From assembly GCA_964016885.1 (NCBI GenBank), contig OZ024744.1:87358001-87422000 (forward strand): a stretch of 64,000 nucleotides of DNA. The letters run 5' to 3'. The stretch's first letter is position 1. Every line of letters starts with the position of its first letter. Position numbers and translations under genes: made by a program. The notes under the pieces are model-generated. The model was not told the DNA's origin. It saw only the letters and a list, made by a program, of their open reading frames with translations, and did not search any database. The stretch comes from Eledone cirrhosa. Taxonomy: Eukaryota. Below are positions 28,221-42,156 of this stretch, piece after piece.

Positions 28221-28324
28221 TAAAAGAGTATATATATGCAAAACGTAAGCATAAATAAAATAGAAAATGACACAGTACAATGAAGAAATATATTAGTTTA
28301 ATGCTTGATATAAAAGGAAACGAA

Positions 28325-28360
28325 TCTTAACGTTTCGGACATTAGTTCTTCGTCTGGAGG
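28325..28360 (-). ncRNA. Degenerate minimal hammerhead (U4A)
   Basis: Minus strand CCTC-CAGACGA-A-GAAC-TAAT-GTCC-GAAA-CG-TT-AAGA. Confidence 0.5.
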
Positions 28361-28840
28361 GAGAATGAAAAATAAAAGATGAAATAGAAATATAGAAGAG
28401 TAATGAACGAAAGAAAGATTTTGAGGAAAAACTCGTGTGTAATCAGTCAGCCAATTTGGAAAAATACTGCTCAGTAACCTGGGTATTAGAGAGGTTTACT
28501 AAAACAGGTAATCATTGTATATTTTGAGTAGATATGTGTGTGTGTGTGTCTGTGTGTGCAAGTCTATTCATTTGTTTGTGCAAAGATTAGAAGGGTGAGC
28601 GGCACACCGTGACGAGTTTAACTCATGTGAGATATGGAGGTTTGAGTGAGCGCACGGGGGAACTGACCAACGTATTGAGGTCTATTACTGTGCATATAAA
28701 ATTCTGCGTATACATACATACAGACTTACGTAGGAGAAGTCGCAAATTATTGTATAGAAGGCGGTAACGAATATGATCGTTGCCTTATATATTTCATTTT
28801 GTGGTATGGCCGTAAGATATGCTTTTATATACTGTATATA

Positions 28841-28950
28841 TCATCATCATCAGGCGGCCTCAGCCGAAATGGACCCAGCAATTGATCTCCACGTGGGTCT
28901 GTCATTCATTGGCGTTGCCAAGTCCTGAATTTCAATAACAGAATCTCTGG
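28841..28950 (-). mobile_element. Short 3' end of an RTE-type LINE
   Basis: [18 protein letters not shown]...* followed by a (TGA)n tail. Confidence 0.6.
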
Positions 28951-28970
28951 ATATATATGTATATATATAT

Positions 28971-29078
<108 letters not shown>

Positions 29079-29339
29079 GAATAATCGAGTATCGAAAAAT
29101 CGGCGCACGAGTTCACGATAAACAAAATTCGAAATGAGCGGCAGAGGGCTCAATAATTCAGATAAATCAGAGCTATAACTATCGTTAAAATACCGTCACA
29201 CATAGAACATAGAACATGTCTACAACCATACGACCGAAAAATTGCGATATGGAAGATTCGGGACACTCAGATAAAATATCAATAAATCAAATGAATGTTA
29301 TATATATATATATATATATATATATAACGGCAATGAACG

Positions 29340-29700
<361 letters not shown>

Positions 29701-30436
29701 AGACAGATGCTCATACGTATATATGTATACACATACATACGAACAGATCCTGAAATATCTATCTTTAATTAAGAATTATAAATACACAAATAATTAATAC
29801 GTCAACTACCTTCAATTTCCTATTCACACGTACATATACACTAGAACGTACGTTTTATTTAGTTTTATTTCCGAATAAGCGCTGTATTGAGGTCTAAATT
29901 TGTTCAATGTTAACCTCTCTGGTTTGTCCGCATCGTCTCCGCTATAGGTTGCTCTTTTCTGCATATAGTTCATCTACAGTTGTGCGTTTATAATGAAGCT
30001 TAAACTTTGCAGAGGACATCAATTACAGGTCTTAAACACCTATACATATTTAGATAAGTTCATTATAAAGAATTCTATTTGAATTTGAATGATGTACCTT
30101 GCAGATAGTATATTATCCTAATACCAATTTCATATATGTGAATAACTAGGGAGAAAACGCTTCAGAAGTTTTATTTATATATATATATATATATGTAAGT
30201 ATGTATGTATATATGTATACGTACATACATATATGTATACAGACGTACAGTAGCATGTATATATATATATATATATATATATACATACAGGCACACATAT
30301 ATATATGCACGTATCAGTTTACTGAACATTTATTATAATGCTCGGTTTGTTTGTTTGTAAACAAACAAACAGCCTGAATTACGCCGTACAGTGTTTAGGC
30401 AACCATGTCACCTTTTTGTTCAACACTGACACAGGA

Positions 30437-30479
30437 ACGATGTACTAGTTTCAAGCTTGTTAGCTATCGTCAGCACCGT
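30437..30479 (-). ncRNA. Minimal type I hammerhead ribozyme
   Basis: Minus strand ACGGTG-CTGACGA-T-AGCT-AACA-AGCT-T-GAAA-CTAG-TA-CATCGT; palindromic loop III. Confidence 0.82.
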
Positions 30480-30712
30480 ATACCCTTCTGCCAGATGGTT
30501 GAACGTTCGAAAGTATATACTTTCCTTATGAAAATTAACGGCTGAGCACCCTAATTTGCATATCGAGTGAGTTCAGTCGGCCAGGCGCACCGAAAACGAT
30601 AAATGGAATAGAATGAAATGAAATTTCATTTCTCACTCTTAGTATGGCACTTACTTAAATGTAAGTATGTATGTATACGTACATGCATATATGTATACAG
30701 ACGTACAGTAGC

Positions 30713-30771
<59 letters not shown>

Positions 30772-30920
30772 CAGGCACACATATATATATGCACGTATCA
30801 GTTTACCGAACATTTATTATAATGTTCGCTTTGTTCGTTTGTAAACAAACGAACAGCCTCATTTACGCCGTACAGTGTTCAGGCAACCACATCACCTTTT
30901 TGCTCAACACTGACACAGGA

Positions 30921-30963
30921 ACGATGTACTAGTTTCAAGCTTGTTAGCTATCGTCAGCACCGT
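30921..30963 (-). ncRNA. Minimal type I hammerhead ribozyme (identical second copy)
   Basis: 43/43 identical to 30437-30479, offset 484 nt. Confidence 0.82.
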
Positions 30964-31089
30964 ATACCTTTCTGCCAGATGGTTGAACGTTCGAAAGTAT
31001 ATACTTTCCTTATGAAGTAAGTGCCGTACTAAGAGTGAGAAATGAAATTTCGTTTCATTCTATTCCTATATATATATATATTTATATAT

Positions 31090-33760
31090 ATATATATATA
31101 TATATAAATGAAAGGATTACAAAGGAGAAAACATACTGTTAGAACAGGTTTATACAAAAGCACCTACGTACGTTTCGCCCGAAAATGGCTTCTCAAGGGC
31201 ATACCAATCTAGAGAGTGTTCAGTATAGAACCCAGAAGGGGTTTTAAGAAGATAGGCACACCGAAGTTCATTCTTGATTCAAACAGACATGGTTGATATT
31301 GTCACAGATCAAGGGGAGTAACTCTGACCGGTGTTTGAATAAATGTCCCTAAATGGTTTACTATCCGTTCACATGATGGTTGTTCTCCACTACCGCTTTA
31401 TGGGTGCCACTTTACTGCTGCCTAGTCAAGCCGGATCTGGGAAGAATAGTTGGTGTACAGATGTTTATTTATGCAACCTGCCCACCAGTGCGTTATGGTT
31501 TGGTGCAGGGGGACCCAGTTTATGGTGTTCAGGTCTCAACTGGGGTCCAACCATAGAATGAATGCTGTATTCTGTGTCTGCAGTTTATTTCAGATTCTGC
31601 TCTGCTGTTGATGAGCTCAGGGTGTGCTCTTACGATATGGTAACATTCCATGAGGCAGAGCTGGCACTTCCTCTTGAAGTTGTACGGTGTTGCCCTGCTG
31701 AAAATTTCCCAGTATGTGGAGAAGCTAATGTTGGAGTCTTTTAATGTGTGATGTAGTTGGCGAGTGATGTGGAGTATCTAAGCTTATTGTTTCTAAAAGA
31801 GTGGAGATGCGTTCGAAATCTAGTTTTGAACGAGCCAGAGGTGGCCCCTATATAATTCTTGACTATTATGGCTAGTTACGATGCACCTATAAATAACATT
31901 GTTTGTCAGGCAACTTCCCCGAGCGGACAGCTACTCTGGTCTCCACAGTTGCAGTGTCGGCTGCGGTCGCTGCCGCTACCGTGGCTCATAGTGCCCGAAG
32001 TAAGGCTATTACTATCACTACCAATGTTATTGTCCACGCCACCGCCACTATCACCGTAATTAGTACTATTATATCCTGTAGCGCGCGGGGTAGTACCATT
32101 AGAGGGAGGATGAAACCACAGGACGTTACGTTTACGGTTACGCGTAGCTGTGGGCTTACTACGGGTCGTGTTGGCTAGGTAACCGTTCTTATTGTTGCTA
32201 CTATGAAGCAGCCTACTAAGTGTCCCCTTCGCTTTATGCTCGAGTGCATTTGCCATCCTTGCGTTACGTTTACGTGTAGCTAAACGCCGATTAGAGGGTG
32301 TAGGTGATAGGCCATCGCTATTGTTAATCTTATAGGTAGGGAATAATTCTAGTAGGCTACAGCAGCTACCGTTGCCCATATCATGACCTTATTATGCGGT
32401 CGGCCTTCTACACCACCACCCATGTAGTTAACGCTGCGGTCGTGTTTCTTAGTGCGATTCTCTATACTATAGTTATTGGCTCTATCATGGCCGCTGCGTA
32501 TTCGGTTATAGGTATGACTTAGTATAACATTAGTCCTATAATGAGGGTGGTTTCTAGCCTCAGCGTTAGGGAGGTAGGAGATTCTACGGTTATATCCGGC
32601 ATCCACCAAGGCATTGTTTTAGTAGTCAGCAGCTTGGTTGAAGATGTCCTCGTTGGCGGAAATCCTCGAGATCCTGTGGGATATGCTATATACTATGGAG
32701 TTGAGAGTAGACTTAGCGTGGTTTGATGTATAATTAATATATGATAGAATCTCGCCGGGCCTATGGTATGGCTTGTACAGGCCCGTACCCAACTCCAGGG
32801 TCACGTCTTGGAAGTTGACTATCTGGTGGTTGAGGTCTATAGTTACGGATAGGCCATATGATTTGAAGAACCTGTGTATGCGCTTGTTAAGGTTCTCTAT
32901 CCTGCGGGGGCTATAGTTTCTAACAGTAAATAGGGCGTCTTCCCTATATACACCTCCTTGTAGGACCGGGATCTCGTCCCTAAGGAGGTATATTCCAGCC
33001 AGATCGGTCGCTTTCGCCGGGTCACTAGACCCCATCGTGATATCGAAGATATCAGGACGGTTGGTTCTGGTCCAATGGGAACCCTCGAACTGGATAATAG
33101 TTCTGCGCGCTGCTAGTACTATATCTATCTCTTTTTTAGTGAGGCTAGTGTTAGATTTAGCTAAGATAAGGGCCTTGTTTAATAGTTTGGGGAGATAGAG
33201 GCATAGTAGCTCTCTATGTCAAACTGGATGAACTTTAGAGTTGTCTTATCGGGCAATTATGTGAATCAATTAATGACCTGGTCAGTGTTGTTCCAGAGAC
33301 AGACCTTAGCTTTGTTATTAAGTTCAAGTATTACTATATCGAGGATCACTTTACTAATATTACCTATATCCGATGTAGAGGGACATATTAATCTAATAGA
33401 TGTGCTTTCATTAAAATTACATTTGTGATCCTTAATGACGCACACCTCTTCGTTACTTCTGACAAACCCAAGAAGATGTATAAGATGGACGTGAGCAAGT
33501 ACAAACAATTCCTTTATAACGTATTACACAAACATTATAAAAAAAACACCCATTAGTACCTTAAATGACATTAATAGAGTAGGGAAGGATATAGTGACTA
33601 GCTTAGACAGATAAGTACACTAACCCTATGACACCTAGATTCTCTTTTAAGGTCAAAGCGGCCGAACCATTCCGGGTAAATTCAAAGTGTGAACAAAGGA
33701 TTTTTTCACAGCCTCATATGAGCTCTCAACTAGCTTTACAAACAATCAATTAAATAATTA
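31090..33760 (-). mobile_element. Decayed Penelope-like element (RT, Cys motif, C-terminal GIY-YIG, 3' pLTR)
   Basis: KDHK.NF...RLICP, FIQFDIESYYASIS, FDITMGS.D.A...DLAGIYLL, GVYREDAL, VNFQDVTL, SNH, RKRNVLWFHPP, CNC....CPL, VIYRC...YIGATSGSFKTRF. Confidence 0.92.
31160..31200 (-). ncRNA. Hammerhead variant with U3-A8 compensatory core in the Penelope 3' pLTR
   Basis: Minus strand GCCC-TTGAGAA-GCC-ATTTTCG-GGC-GAAA-CGTACG-TA-GGTGC; palindromic loop III; stem I short and bulged. Confidence 0.7.
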
Positions 33761-33787
33761 GCTATAAGGTCTAGGACAAAGTAATAA

Positions 33788-33880
33788 TAATAATTGTTTC
33801 TACTTTTGGCACAAGGCCAGCAATTACCCAATGCATTACTGGTACTTTATTTTATCGACTCCGGAAGGATGAAAGGCGGG
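33788..33880 (-). mobile_element. 5'-truncated SINE family A
   Basis: Family 3' half between (TAA)n tracts. Confidence 0.85.
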
Positions 33881-35239
33881 ACTTTATAATAATAATAATA
33901 ATGGGTATAAGTCGAAGTCGTAGCTGCACTATAGCAGACCCCCTTCGAATTGTTGGAGGCAGTCATGAAAGCACTCATTGAGGTGAGAAATAATACATTT
34001 TCACTTAGAATGAACTCAAAAAATGTTAATGAAGTGTGACACAAAGAATAAAGCGACCAATAGAATGTTGCGACAATAATACAACAAGATCAATATACAC
34101 AACCAGGTCTAACACTAACCTAAACCACCTCGAGAGGACATGAATCGATATAGATTGATAAAATCTTGCATCTTAGCACATCAGTAACTCCATTCTGCAA
34201 TTTTAGAAATTATGATTATACTTGATATGGACTAATTAATATAATAGTCAATATATTTTTATATTTACTTAATTAGATTTCCTGCACATCAATTTAAATA
34301 CGAGAGGCGATTACAAATTGATCCTGGTCAAGTTGTGATAACCTTATTTAAATTAAAATTTAATTATAATGATGACCATATAAATATTTAACTAAGTATT
34401 GGTAAGTACAGCTCTGTGAATATATTGATATATGATATATAAATTACCTTTCGCGTATTCATGTGAAGTTTTAGTATAACAACACAGCACCCCTTTTTTG
34501 ATATAGAACTCTGTGAATATATTGATATATAAATTTCATATCGCATAATCATGTGTTGCTTTAATTTAAAAACGGAATAACCTCTTTTTTATCTTGTTAT
34601 ATTTATACATAGTTAATATTTATACGCTTTTATACATTAACTGGTCCCTTTTTATTCTTAATTATATATAAATAGTGAATTATCTTAGTTAATTATCCAT
34701 TAAACTTAACTAGATACGTATAAACTTACACTTAATAGTGATTATCTCTTTGAGAGACAAGTTTGTCTGCTGGTTAATTTACTTAGTCAATATAATAAAA
34801 ATATAACTTTCATTAATTATCTCCCTGTCACCACATTATCCTTTAAACTACGATAAGTAAACATGTCGAAAGATACATTACACAAAGTTATAAAAACCCG
34901 GAAAAATTCTTTCGGATTATTTTCTATAAATTCAAATTATAATATCGATTCGTTGAATTTTGTTGCTTGATGTGAATTAATGTTTTATGTGAGAATAAAC
35001 TGAATTTAGTTTGAACTATTCTGAAGTAGGTATTTTGTGTGACTCCCTGGAAGTTTGTTCATTAACGAAAAGAAGTTCATTGTTGACAATACTTAGGCAA
35101 GCTCATTTCACAGTCTACCCGAAACAGTTGTAAGTGATTAAAACTGTTTTAAATGAAAGTAGATTGGTTTCTTTAAATACTTTTAAATGTACATGCTCTG
35201 CTTATTTCTTAAATGCATTACTAACTTTTTCCATACTTG

Positions 35240-36117
35240 TCACCTGTGAGACGTGGGACCGGCTGGGACTTGGCCCAGTAGACGTCCCTCCTCCTTCTCC
35301 CCTGCTGAACACAAGTCCCCCCAAAGCATTTGGGATGCCATCCAGTGCAGCCTGGCCTCAGACAGGCTCACGCGCCAACTCGACCAGCACCGCCTTGCCT
35401 GTTTCGGCGTGGCCTCCAAACCCCACAGTGGTGCCTGGTAACATGCCTTGCCCTCTTTCTCTACTGCTACGAAGCTGGATAATGATAGCCTGCGCATCGA
35501 CGTTTCCTTGATCTCCGGATCTGCGAGCCACACCAATGTCGCTGTGGATCCATCGTGAACTCTCTCGGCCTCCACCCACTTTTCTGTCGACACAGTGCCG
35601 GCCGCCTTCCACGCCATGCTACCCTCAACGAGATCATAAAGCATGGCTTGCAGGCTTCACCTCCCAGCTCGAGCCGGTGGGGTTGGACCGAGGGGACGGC
35701 AAAAAGCCAAATTGTATGACCTTTTTCCAGTTCCGCGGTGGCAAACCCCTCATCTGGGATGCCACTTGCAGCGACATTTTCTCCAGCCGCAACCTGGTGC
35801 AGTCTATGACTAACCTAGGTACTGCTGCACATAGGGCTGAGGAGGCCAAACTCTCCAAATACCGATCGCTCACCGACAGGTTCGCAGTCGTGCCCTTGGC
35901 AGTGGAAACTTCTGGTGTCCTTGACCCTAGGGCTACCTCCTTACTCACCACCACAGGCGCTGACCTGGCCAGCCGCAGGTGTGAACCTCGCGAGTTGGAA
36001 TGTCTCTTCCAGTGCATCTCCCTTACCGTCCTCCGGGGAAACGCCTTCTCCATTCTGTCCACCGAGCTGAATGGGAGGCCAGCACGTGGGACCCCATTTG
36101 CTCACTATACGGATTAA
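35240..36117 (+). mobile_element. 3' part of a CRE-like RLE non-LTR retrotransposon
   Basis: HSGAW, EPVGLDRGDGKKPN, GKPLIWDATC, AEEAKLSKYRSL, VPLAVETSG, SLTVLRGNA; GC-rich island. Confidence 0.85.
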
Positions 36118-36383
36118 GACATATAACCTCTCTTTTTCTTTTATTTATTCTTTTAAGATAAAGATTAAATGTATTAAATGGAAGAATTTTCCTCTTTTAA
36201 CTGAAAGTCTAATGATTTCTTTTATGCCATAAATGTGTTTTTGTCTTTGCAAGAAATTGTTCTTACCAAACTCTTCCCTTAATACCTGTTTTGCACGATA
36301 ACAAACATTGAGCAATTGCTTCTCTCCGAGGGCGGCAAATACAATGTATAAGTCTATCTCTACTCTCATTTGCGAATTTAATG

Positions 36384-36445
36384 TATAGTTCTACATTTGA
36401 TTTATATATATATATTTATATATATAAATCAAATGTAGAACTATA
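36384..36445. repeat. Short palindrome centred on (TA)n
   Basis: ATAGTTCTACATTTGATTTATATA...TATATAAATCAAATGTAGAACTAT. Confidence 0.8.
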
Positions 36446-36446
36446 T

Positions 36447-36479
<33 letters not shown>

Positions 36480-39173
36480 ATGTGTGTGTCTGTCTGCCTG
36501 TGTCTGTGTATGTGTGTATGCGTGTGTGTGTATGTATGTATGTATCGTGTCTTTAAACATTAGATTTACTTTCTCTGTTCTACTGCGCCTTTTTCTTAAG
36601 TTTCTATCAAATCTATTTTCATGTACTTTTTAATTTCCCCGCTACCTCAATATTTTCTCATCTCTTTCGTCACTTATAATATTTCCTAGATATAGCACAA
36701 TCCACTGAAAGCTGCCAAGACCTCAGGACTATTAATACATATATTCATCATTTTCTTCCTCTCTGATCAGGATGTTGTCTCTGAAAACTCTTATAATAAT
36801 TCCACCCGACATCACCGGATATATTTTTGTTTTTTTAATGGAATCTCAATTGCAGAACATAAAATTGCTTTTGATCCAGAGCAGGTTATTTTATTCTTTC
36901 TGCTAGAACTACAATTTATTCAGCTTCTATCATGTTTCTCCCTTCTGCATCGATAACATCTTAAAGTTTGACATGAATAGCCTTTCCTTTGTCATAGCTA
37001 GAGAGCACTGTTATATTACTAACTATTTCTAATTGAGCGTGGATTTATAAGTACTGGTTGAAATTGCCATTCAACATATTATAGCATATATCTGCATAGA
37101 CTCACTTTCTGTACCACTTTTTATCATGTATTGCAATTGTGACGAAACTCCACTAATTCATAGTTGAAAAGTAATAACAGAAATCTCTATGTAATTTGTT
37201 TTACCGTGGTTAATTTGTTTGTTCATGTCGACAAGCCCTTCCAATTTCATCCAACGGTTGTCCCTCATATTTGCTATCGACATCCATACGTCCGCTCACT
37301 TATGCCAATCACGAGGCATCATACGATAATGTTTCTAACCTATTGTCTATTAAAAATTCATATATCGTCCGAGATGCAAACAGTTAGGTTTTCGTACGAA
37401 ATACTTCTTTCAGTGTACGAAAACGATATTTAGATCAGCCTATGTGTAGTTCACAATCTAGTGAACACGTTATGAAAACATTTAAACTAATTAATAGTTA
37501 TAGTTTTTTCCTCATTGGATAGTTGCTTTGTGGAAGGCAAAACAATCCAGCTTAACATATCCAATTTTTGCTACTGTTATTGTTACCCACTTCTGTACTG
37601 ATTGAGTAGATCTACGATCAAAACGTATTTTAACCACGACTATCTCGTGTCTTTGTATATATATATGATTACATCGCCCAATGTTCTCTTCCTTTCAGGA
37701 ATCAGAAGCCTGTGATTTTAGAGATATGTGGCTGTAATATCTAGCTCCCCGCTTGACAGCGTAGGCGTAAGTTTCCGGTTAAATAATCTAACATAATACC
37801 TGAATTAAAAATCCACTCTAAATTATAAGTTATTTGTATCAAAGTCCAGATAAATTTTCGACCAGAAATACTGTTAACTATTTAGAGTCGACCGTTATTT
37901 CGTTCCTTATTCAAATTAGCAGGAAGAACACATAAACAAATAGATTATGTTAATCACTAGGTTTTTCCTACTTTCGAGTATTTTGATTCGTGTTCTTTAA
38001 TCTCATGTGCATATTGTGCATACATGAGCATTTAGACATTGTGGACGACATTTGCCAAATATCTTAGAAATTTGAAGGCATCTTGACAAAGACAGGCAGG
38101 TTAACAGAGACAGCATTGACAATCAGACTGCTGGTTAACTTTCAAGAGACGAGCAACCGAATATTCAAAGTGTTGGCGCTTGATATGTCATAGTCGAATA
38201 ACATGCTGTGTTCGCAACGAGAAGTATAAAGTAAGGAGTTGAAACGAGACTTGCAAAATAACACTTTAATATTTGGTAGCATTCCTCTTTCAATAGCGAT
38301 GAATAACGTGATATTCTACTTTACTTTACAGATTAAAATTTTAACATTTCTTATAGTTTATTGTGCAAACTTAATTTCTTTAAAAATTTGTTTTATTTGT
38401 ATCGGATATCTGATATCTGATCAATTTAGAGCTATCTCCTATATTTTTTTAAAATTCCTTATCCTTCACAGCTTAGTAGTCTGTTATTCATTTATCGATA
38501 TTTTCCATTTGATATTCAGACGATGCGTCGCATTAAAATCAATTATTCTGTCGCCTAATCAATATTGCTTATAATAACATCTAAAACAAATCTTATGTTT
38601 GTTTGTTTTTTCAATGCAAAAGTGATTATCCTCTCTGTTTCTCTCTCTGTTGACGAGTTCGGGTCTCGAAGGAGTGTCAGAGTTATGTTGCTTTTAATAA
38701 TACCCATGTCTGTCCACATGCATGGGAATCTCTAGAAGCTGCGATTAATGAGACATCGACAGGCGCATCTTTTACTGGTCAGCAAGTTTTTTAGCCTTTT
38801 ATTAGGCATGTCTTTCCGATGCTTGTCTCTTTGATGAAAATGCAGCCTGGATTTAGGTGCCTGGCATCTGAAATTCTGTTATCCTCTAAATCGATATCAA
38901 CTTTCAAACAATAAACTTATGATGAAATCGTCCTAGACATGATAATCTCGTCTGGTCAGGTTTGCTTAACGAGAACAACATTACTCAATATAGCCGCCCT
39001 TCTTTTTAACTGAGAAAAGTAGGATTTGAGGGGCATGTGAATGTTGAGTCTTACAGAGGGAGGGACCTGCTGAGTTCTAACCAATACATTTGATTCCTAT
39101 CTAACTCTATATTACTGCTGTTGTTATTTAAATCGAGATCAAACTTAATTAAGCAGACATGTTGTATTAAAAT

Positions 39174-39366
39174 ATAATTGTTTCTACTTTTGGCACAAGG
39201 CCAGCAATTATCCCAGTGCATTACTGGTACTTTATTTTATCGACCCTGTAAGGATGAAAGGCAAAGTTAAACTCGGTGGGATTTGAACTCAAATTGTAAA
39301 AGGCCGTAACTCTATGCTGCAAAGCATGGCGTCCGATGTTCTAACGATACTGCCAATGCACCGCCC
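39174..39366 (-). mobile_element. SINE family A with TSD
   Basis: A/B boxes; TTGTA(T/A)TAAAATATAA on both sides. Confidence 0.9.
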
Positions 39367-39587
39367 TTGTTGTAATAAAATATAAAGAATCTATGACTTC
39401 ATTATTCAACATTGTTTTCTTTTTGTTGTCTTTTTTTTTTTACATAGTAGGATTTTTGCTACTTTTAGAAGGTCATGTAACAACGTAGCAATTTCTTCAT
39501 TTATACGTGTTTATGTCAGTGCGTGTGCATATGTGTATAAGGTATAAGTGTGTATGTAAAAAAGAAAGAAAGAAAGAGAGAGAGAGA

Positions 39588-39653
<66 letters not shown>

Positions 39654-40557
39654 CTATCGTTGTGAATTGAAAGAAAGCTGAGACAGAGAGAGATAGAAGA
39701 CAGAATGAATGAAAAAAGGGAAAGTAAGAATGTGAATGTGCATTTCTGGGTATGTTTGTGTTTGTGTCCTTTTGTGTGTGTGTGTGTGTGTGTGAGTGTG
39801 TAAGTGCATGTGTGTGCACGTTTCTATATGTGTGTGTACGTCTGTATGTGTGTGTGTCTGTATAATGAATATAAGGCGAGAAAGAGAGTGAGAGAGAGGA
39901 GAGAGAGAAAAACAAGTATACAAATAAAGCTAACGATTTATTCTTAATAATTGTTTATTACTATATCACTGGTACCTTTTAGAATTATCAGACTGCAACA
40001 CCTGGTGGTTGATCCCCCGTCAGATTCGATGATGAACTTTTAATTGTTTTATCAACTGACGCCTGCTTTGTAAATTACCAATAAATTAAGTGACAGAATA
40101 TTCCCAAAACACGTTTACAATCATAATATAATAAAGGGAGTAGTGCGGAACTGTGTCCGGAATATATTGTTTTATCCCGTTAGTAAAATAAGTTCGATTA
40201 CTTTGAATAAATAATAAATGAATATTACATAATTTATGTAGTAAATTTCGTAGCTGTTGATTAAACATAAATATTCTGATTCTGATTGCTTATTTTAAGA
40301 TTCACTTCATTTGAACTTTTCAAATGTCTACACTTCCGGTTATGATATAACGGACGCTATATTATAACGCTTATATAAACGTTCATATATTTTCATCGTT
40401 ATATCATAAAGTTTATATTGCGTATAATATCAATATGCACAATACACATGCTAGTTTTTCATGCTAGCAGAAAAACCACCCAAAGGTACAAACGGAAATA
40501 GCGAGATGCAATAAGCTACATGACTGTCTCTTTGTATTACGGATGCAATACAATGAC

Positions 40558-40712
40558 GGGCTTCCATACAACTTCTGTTCTGTTGAATCTCACTTCCAAA
40601 GCTTGGCTCGACATGAGGCTATGTACAACGACACTGACACACGATGTCACTCAGTGAGCTGGAACCTGGAACCTCACGAATGAAAAACAAACTTCTTGAC
40701 CTTTCAGCCATT
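40558..40712 (-). mobile_element. Old tRNA-derived SINE (family B, resembles octopus OR/OK-type SINEs)
   Basis: Minus strand TGGCTGAAAGGTCAAGAAGTTTG...GGTTCCAGGTTCCAG...TAGCCTC...GAAGCCC. Family assignment is from recall, not from a search. Confidence 0.5.
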
Positions 40713-41331
40713 CATGCGTCATCGGCTAATGAAAAACCCCCCAAAAATGAAGACGAAAACTAATCAAGCAACAGAAAGAGAAAACAATTAAAAAAAGAAA
40801 AGAAATGAATAGGCAAACTAAAGTACAAATGAAAAACAACGGTATTGTATGAGTCAACATTTTCTGTCAACATTTTACCACGTCCGTCTCAGTCGGAGAT
40901 CTCTGTCATTGTTGAAATCCCTTACAAAACTACATTAAAAAAAGGGAGCACAATAATCGATTAGGTGTCAGCAATTAACACATACCCCTAAAAATACCCA
41001 TACTTATTCCGTTTCGCTCATATCTGTGTCCAAATCCAGCCACAATTCTAATTTACCATTCATTTTCTTTTTTTTTTCGGTGTCAATAAAGAAGTGACTG
41101 GCGCAATTCTACTGAAGCCCTTTCTTTTTGCAACTACCACAGCATGGATGCTCATTTTTATTAAAAAAAAGATGTGAGAGGGCGTTGGTGCCTCATTGAA
41201 TGCGTACCGAACAACTTTAGCGAAAGCAAGGTACAAACTACCATGTTATATTCCATTGCTAATGGTAGACCTTGTTTACTCAAAATTATATATTTTTGAT
41301 GTACGTAACAAAAACATCTTCAGGGAAGAGC

Positions 41332-41378
<47 letters not shown>

Positions 41379-41387
41379 GGCCCTCAA

Positions 41388-42090
41388 AACGAAGTGGTTG
41401 AAGCACCATATCTACAAGGAGGAGGCCAGCCCACTGTGCAGGATCTGTGGAGAGAGAGAGGAGACTGTGGCTCACATTGTGTCCGAGTGTAAACACCTAG
41501 CCCAGACCCACTATAAGGGCTGGAGACACGATGTGATGGGCAGGGTGATCCACTGGCACCTGTGCAAAGTAAACAATCTACCACATTCTGAGAAATGGTA
41601 TGAGCATAGGCCAGAGGCGGTGATGGAGAACAATCAGGTGAAGGTGCTGTGGGATTTTAGGATACAGACGGACAAAAAACTGGAACACAATAGACCTGAC
41701 CTGGTGGTTGTGGACAAAGAAAAAAGATCGTGCCTGATTGTGGATGTGGCCTGCCCGTTCGACACGAGAGTGCAAGAGAAGGAGAGGGAGAAAATTAACC
41801 GATACCAGGACCTAAAGTGGGAGGTGAAAAGGATTTGGAACTGCCATGAAGTCAAAGTGATCCCGATTGTCATAGGCGCACTGGGGACTATCTCCAAAAG
41901 TTTCCAGGGATGGTTAAAGAAAATCGGCCCCTTCACGCTTTTTGGAACGCTTCAAAAGGCATGCTTGCTTGGAACAGCAAGAACCCTCCGATACGTCCTG
42001 AATATCTGAGGCTGCAGGTAGTGGCTTGATATTCAATCCAACGGACTTTCCAGTTAACCAACATCAATGACTGAGATTCAAGGAATAACA
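41388..42090 (+). mobile_element. 3' end of an R4/Dong-type RLE LINE in (TAA)n
   Basis: CRICGEREETVAHIVSEC (CCHC), RHD, HNRPDLVVVD, DVACP, EKINRYQDL, PIVIGALG; (TAA)n on both sides. Confidence 0.92.
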
Positions 42091-42095
42091 GTAAC

Positions 42096-42141
<46 letters not shown>

Positions 42142-42156
42142 GTAATATTAATAATG

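Larger units (their letters stand above)
30194..31066 (-). mobile_element. Retrozyme/pLTR-like tandem array: ~1.7 copies of a 484-bp monomer plus a short inverted cap
   Basis: 30194-30530 repeated at about 30659-31015. 31016-31066 is the reverse complement of about 30605-30656. One HHR per monomer, (TA)n flanks, no coding capacity. Confidence 0.85.

Noticed and set aside
34412-34600. ~97-bp degenerate tandem duplication (and a 12-bp repeat at 59771-59815)
   Set aside because: Ordinary local slippage with no structure or coding signal.
37698-37766. Exon-like segment with TTTCAG acceptor and GTAAGT donor
   Set aside because: Stops in all frames, and such signals occur often by chance.
41285-41330. 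Minus strand CTGAAGATGT...ACATCAAAA as a hammerhead
   Set aside because: No GAAA and no stem I; the region looks more like a tiny RT relic (LAKARYKLP).
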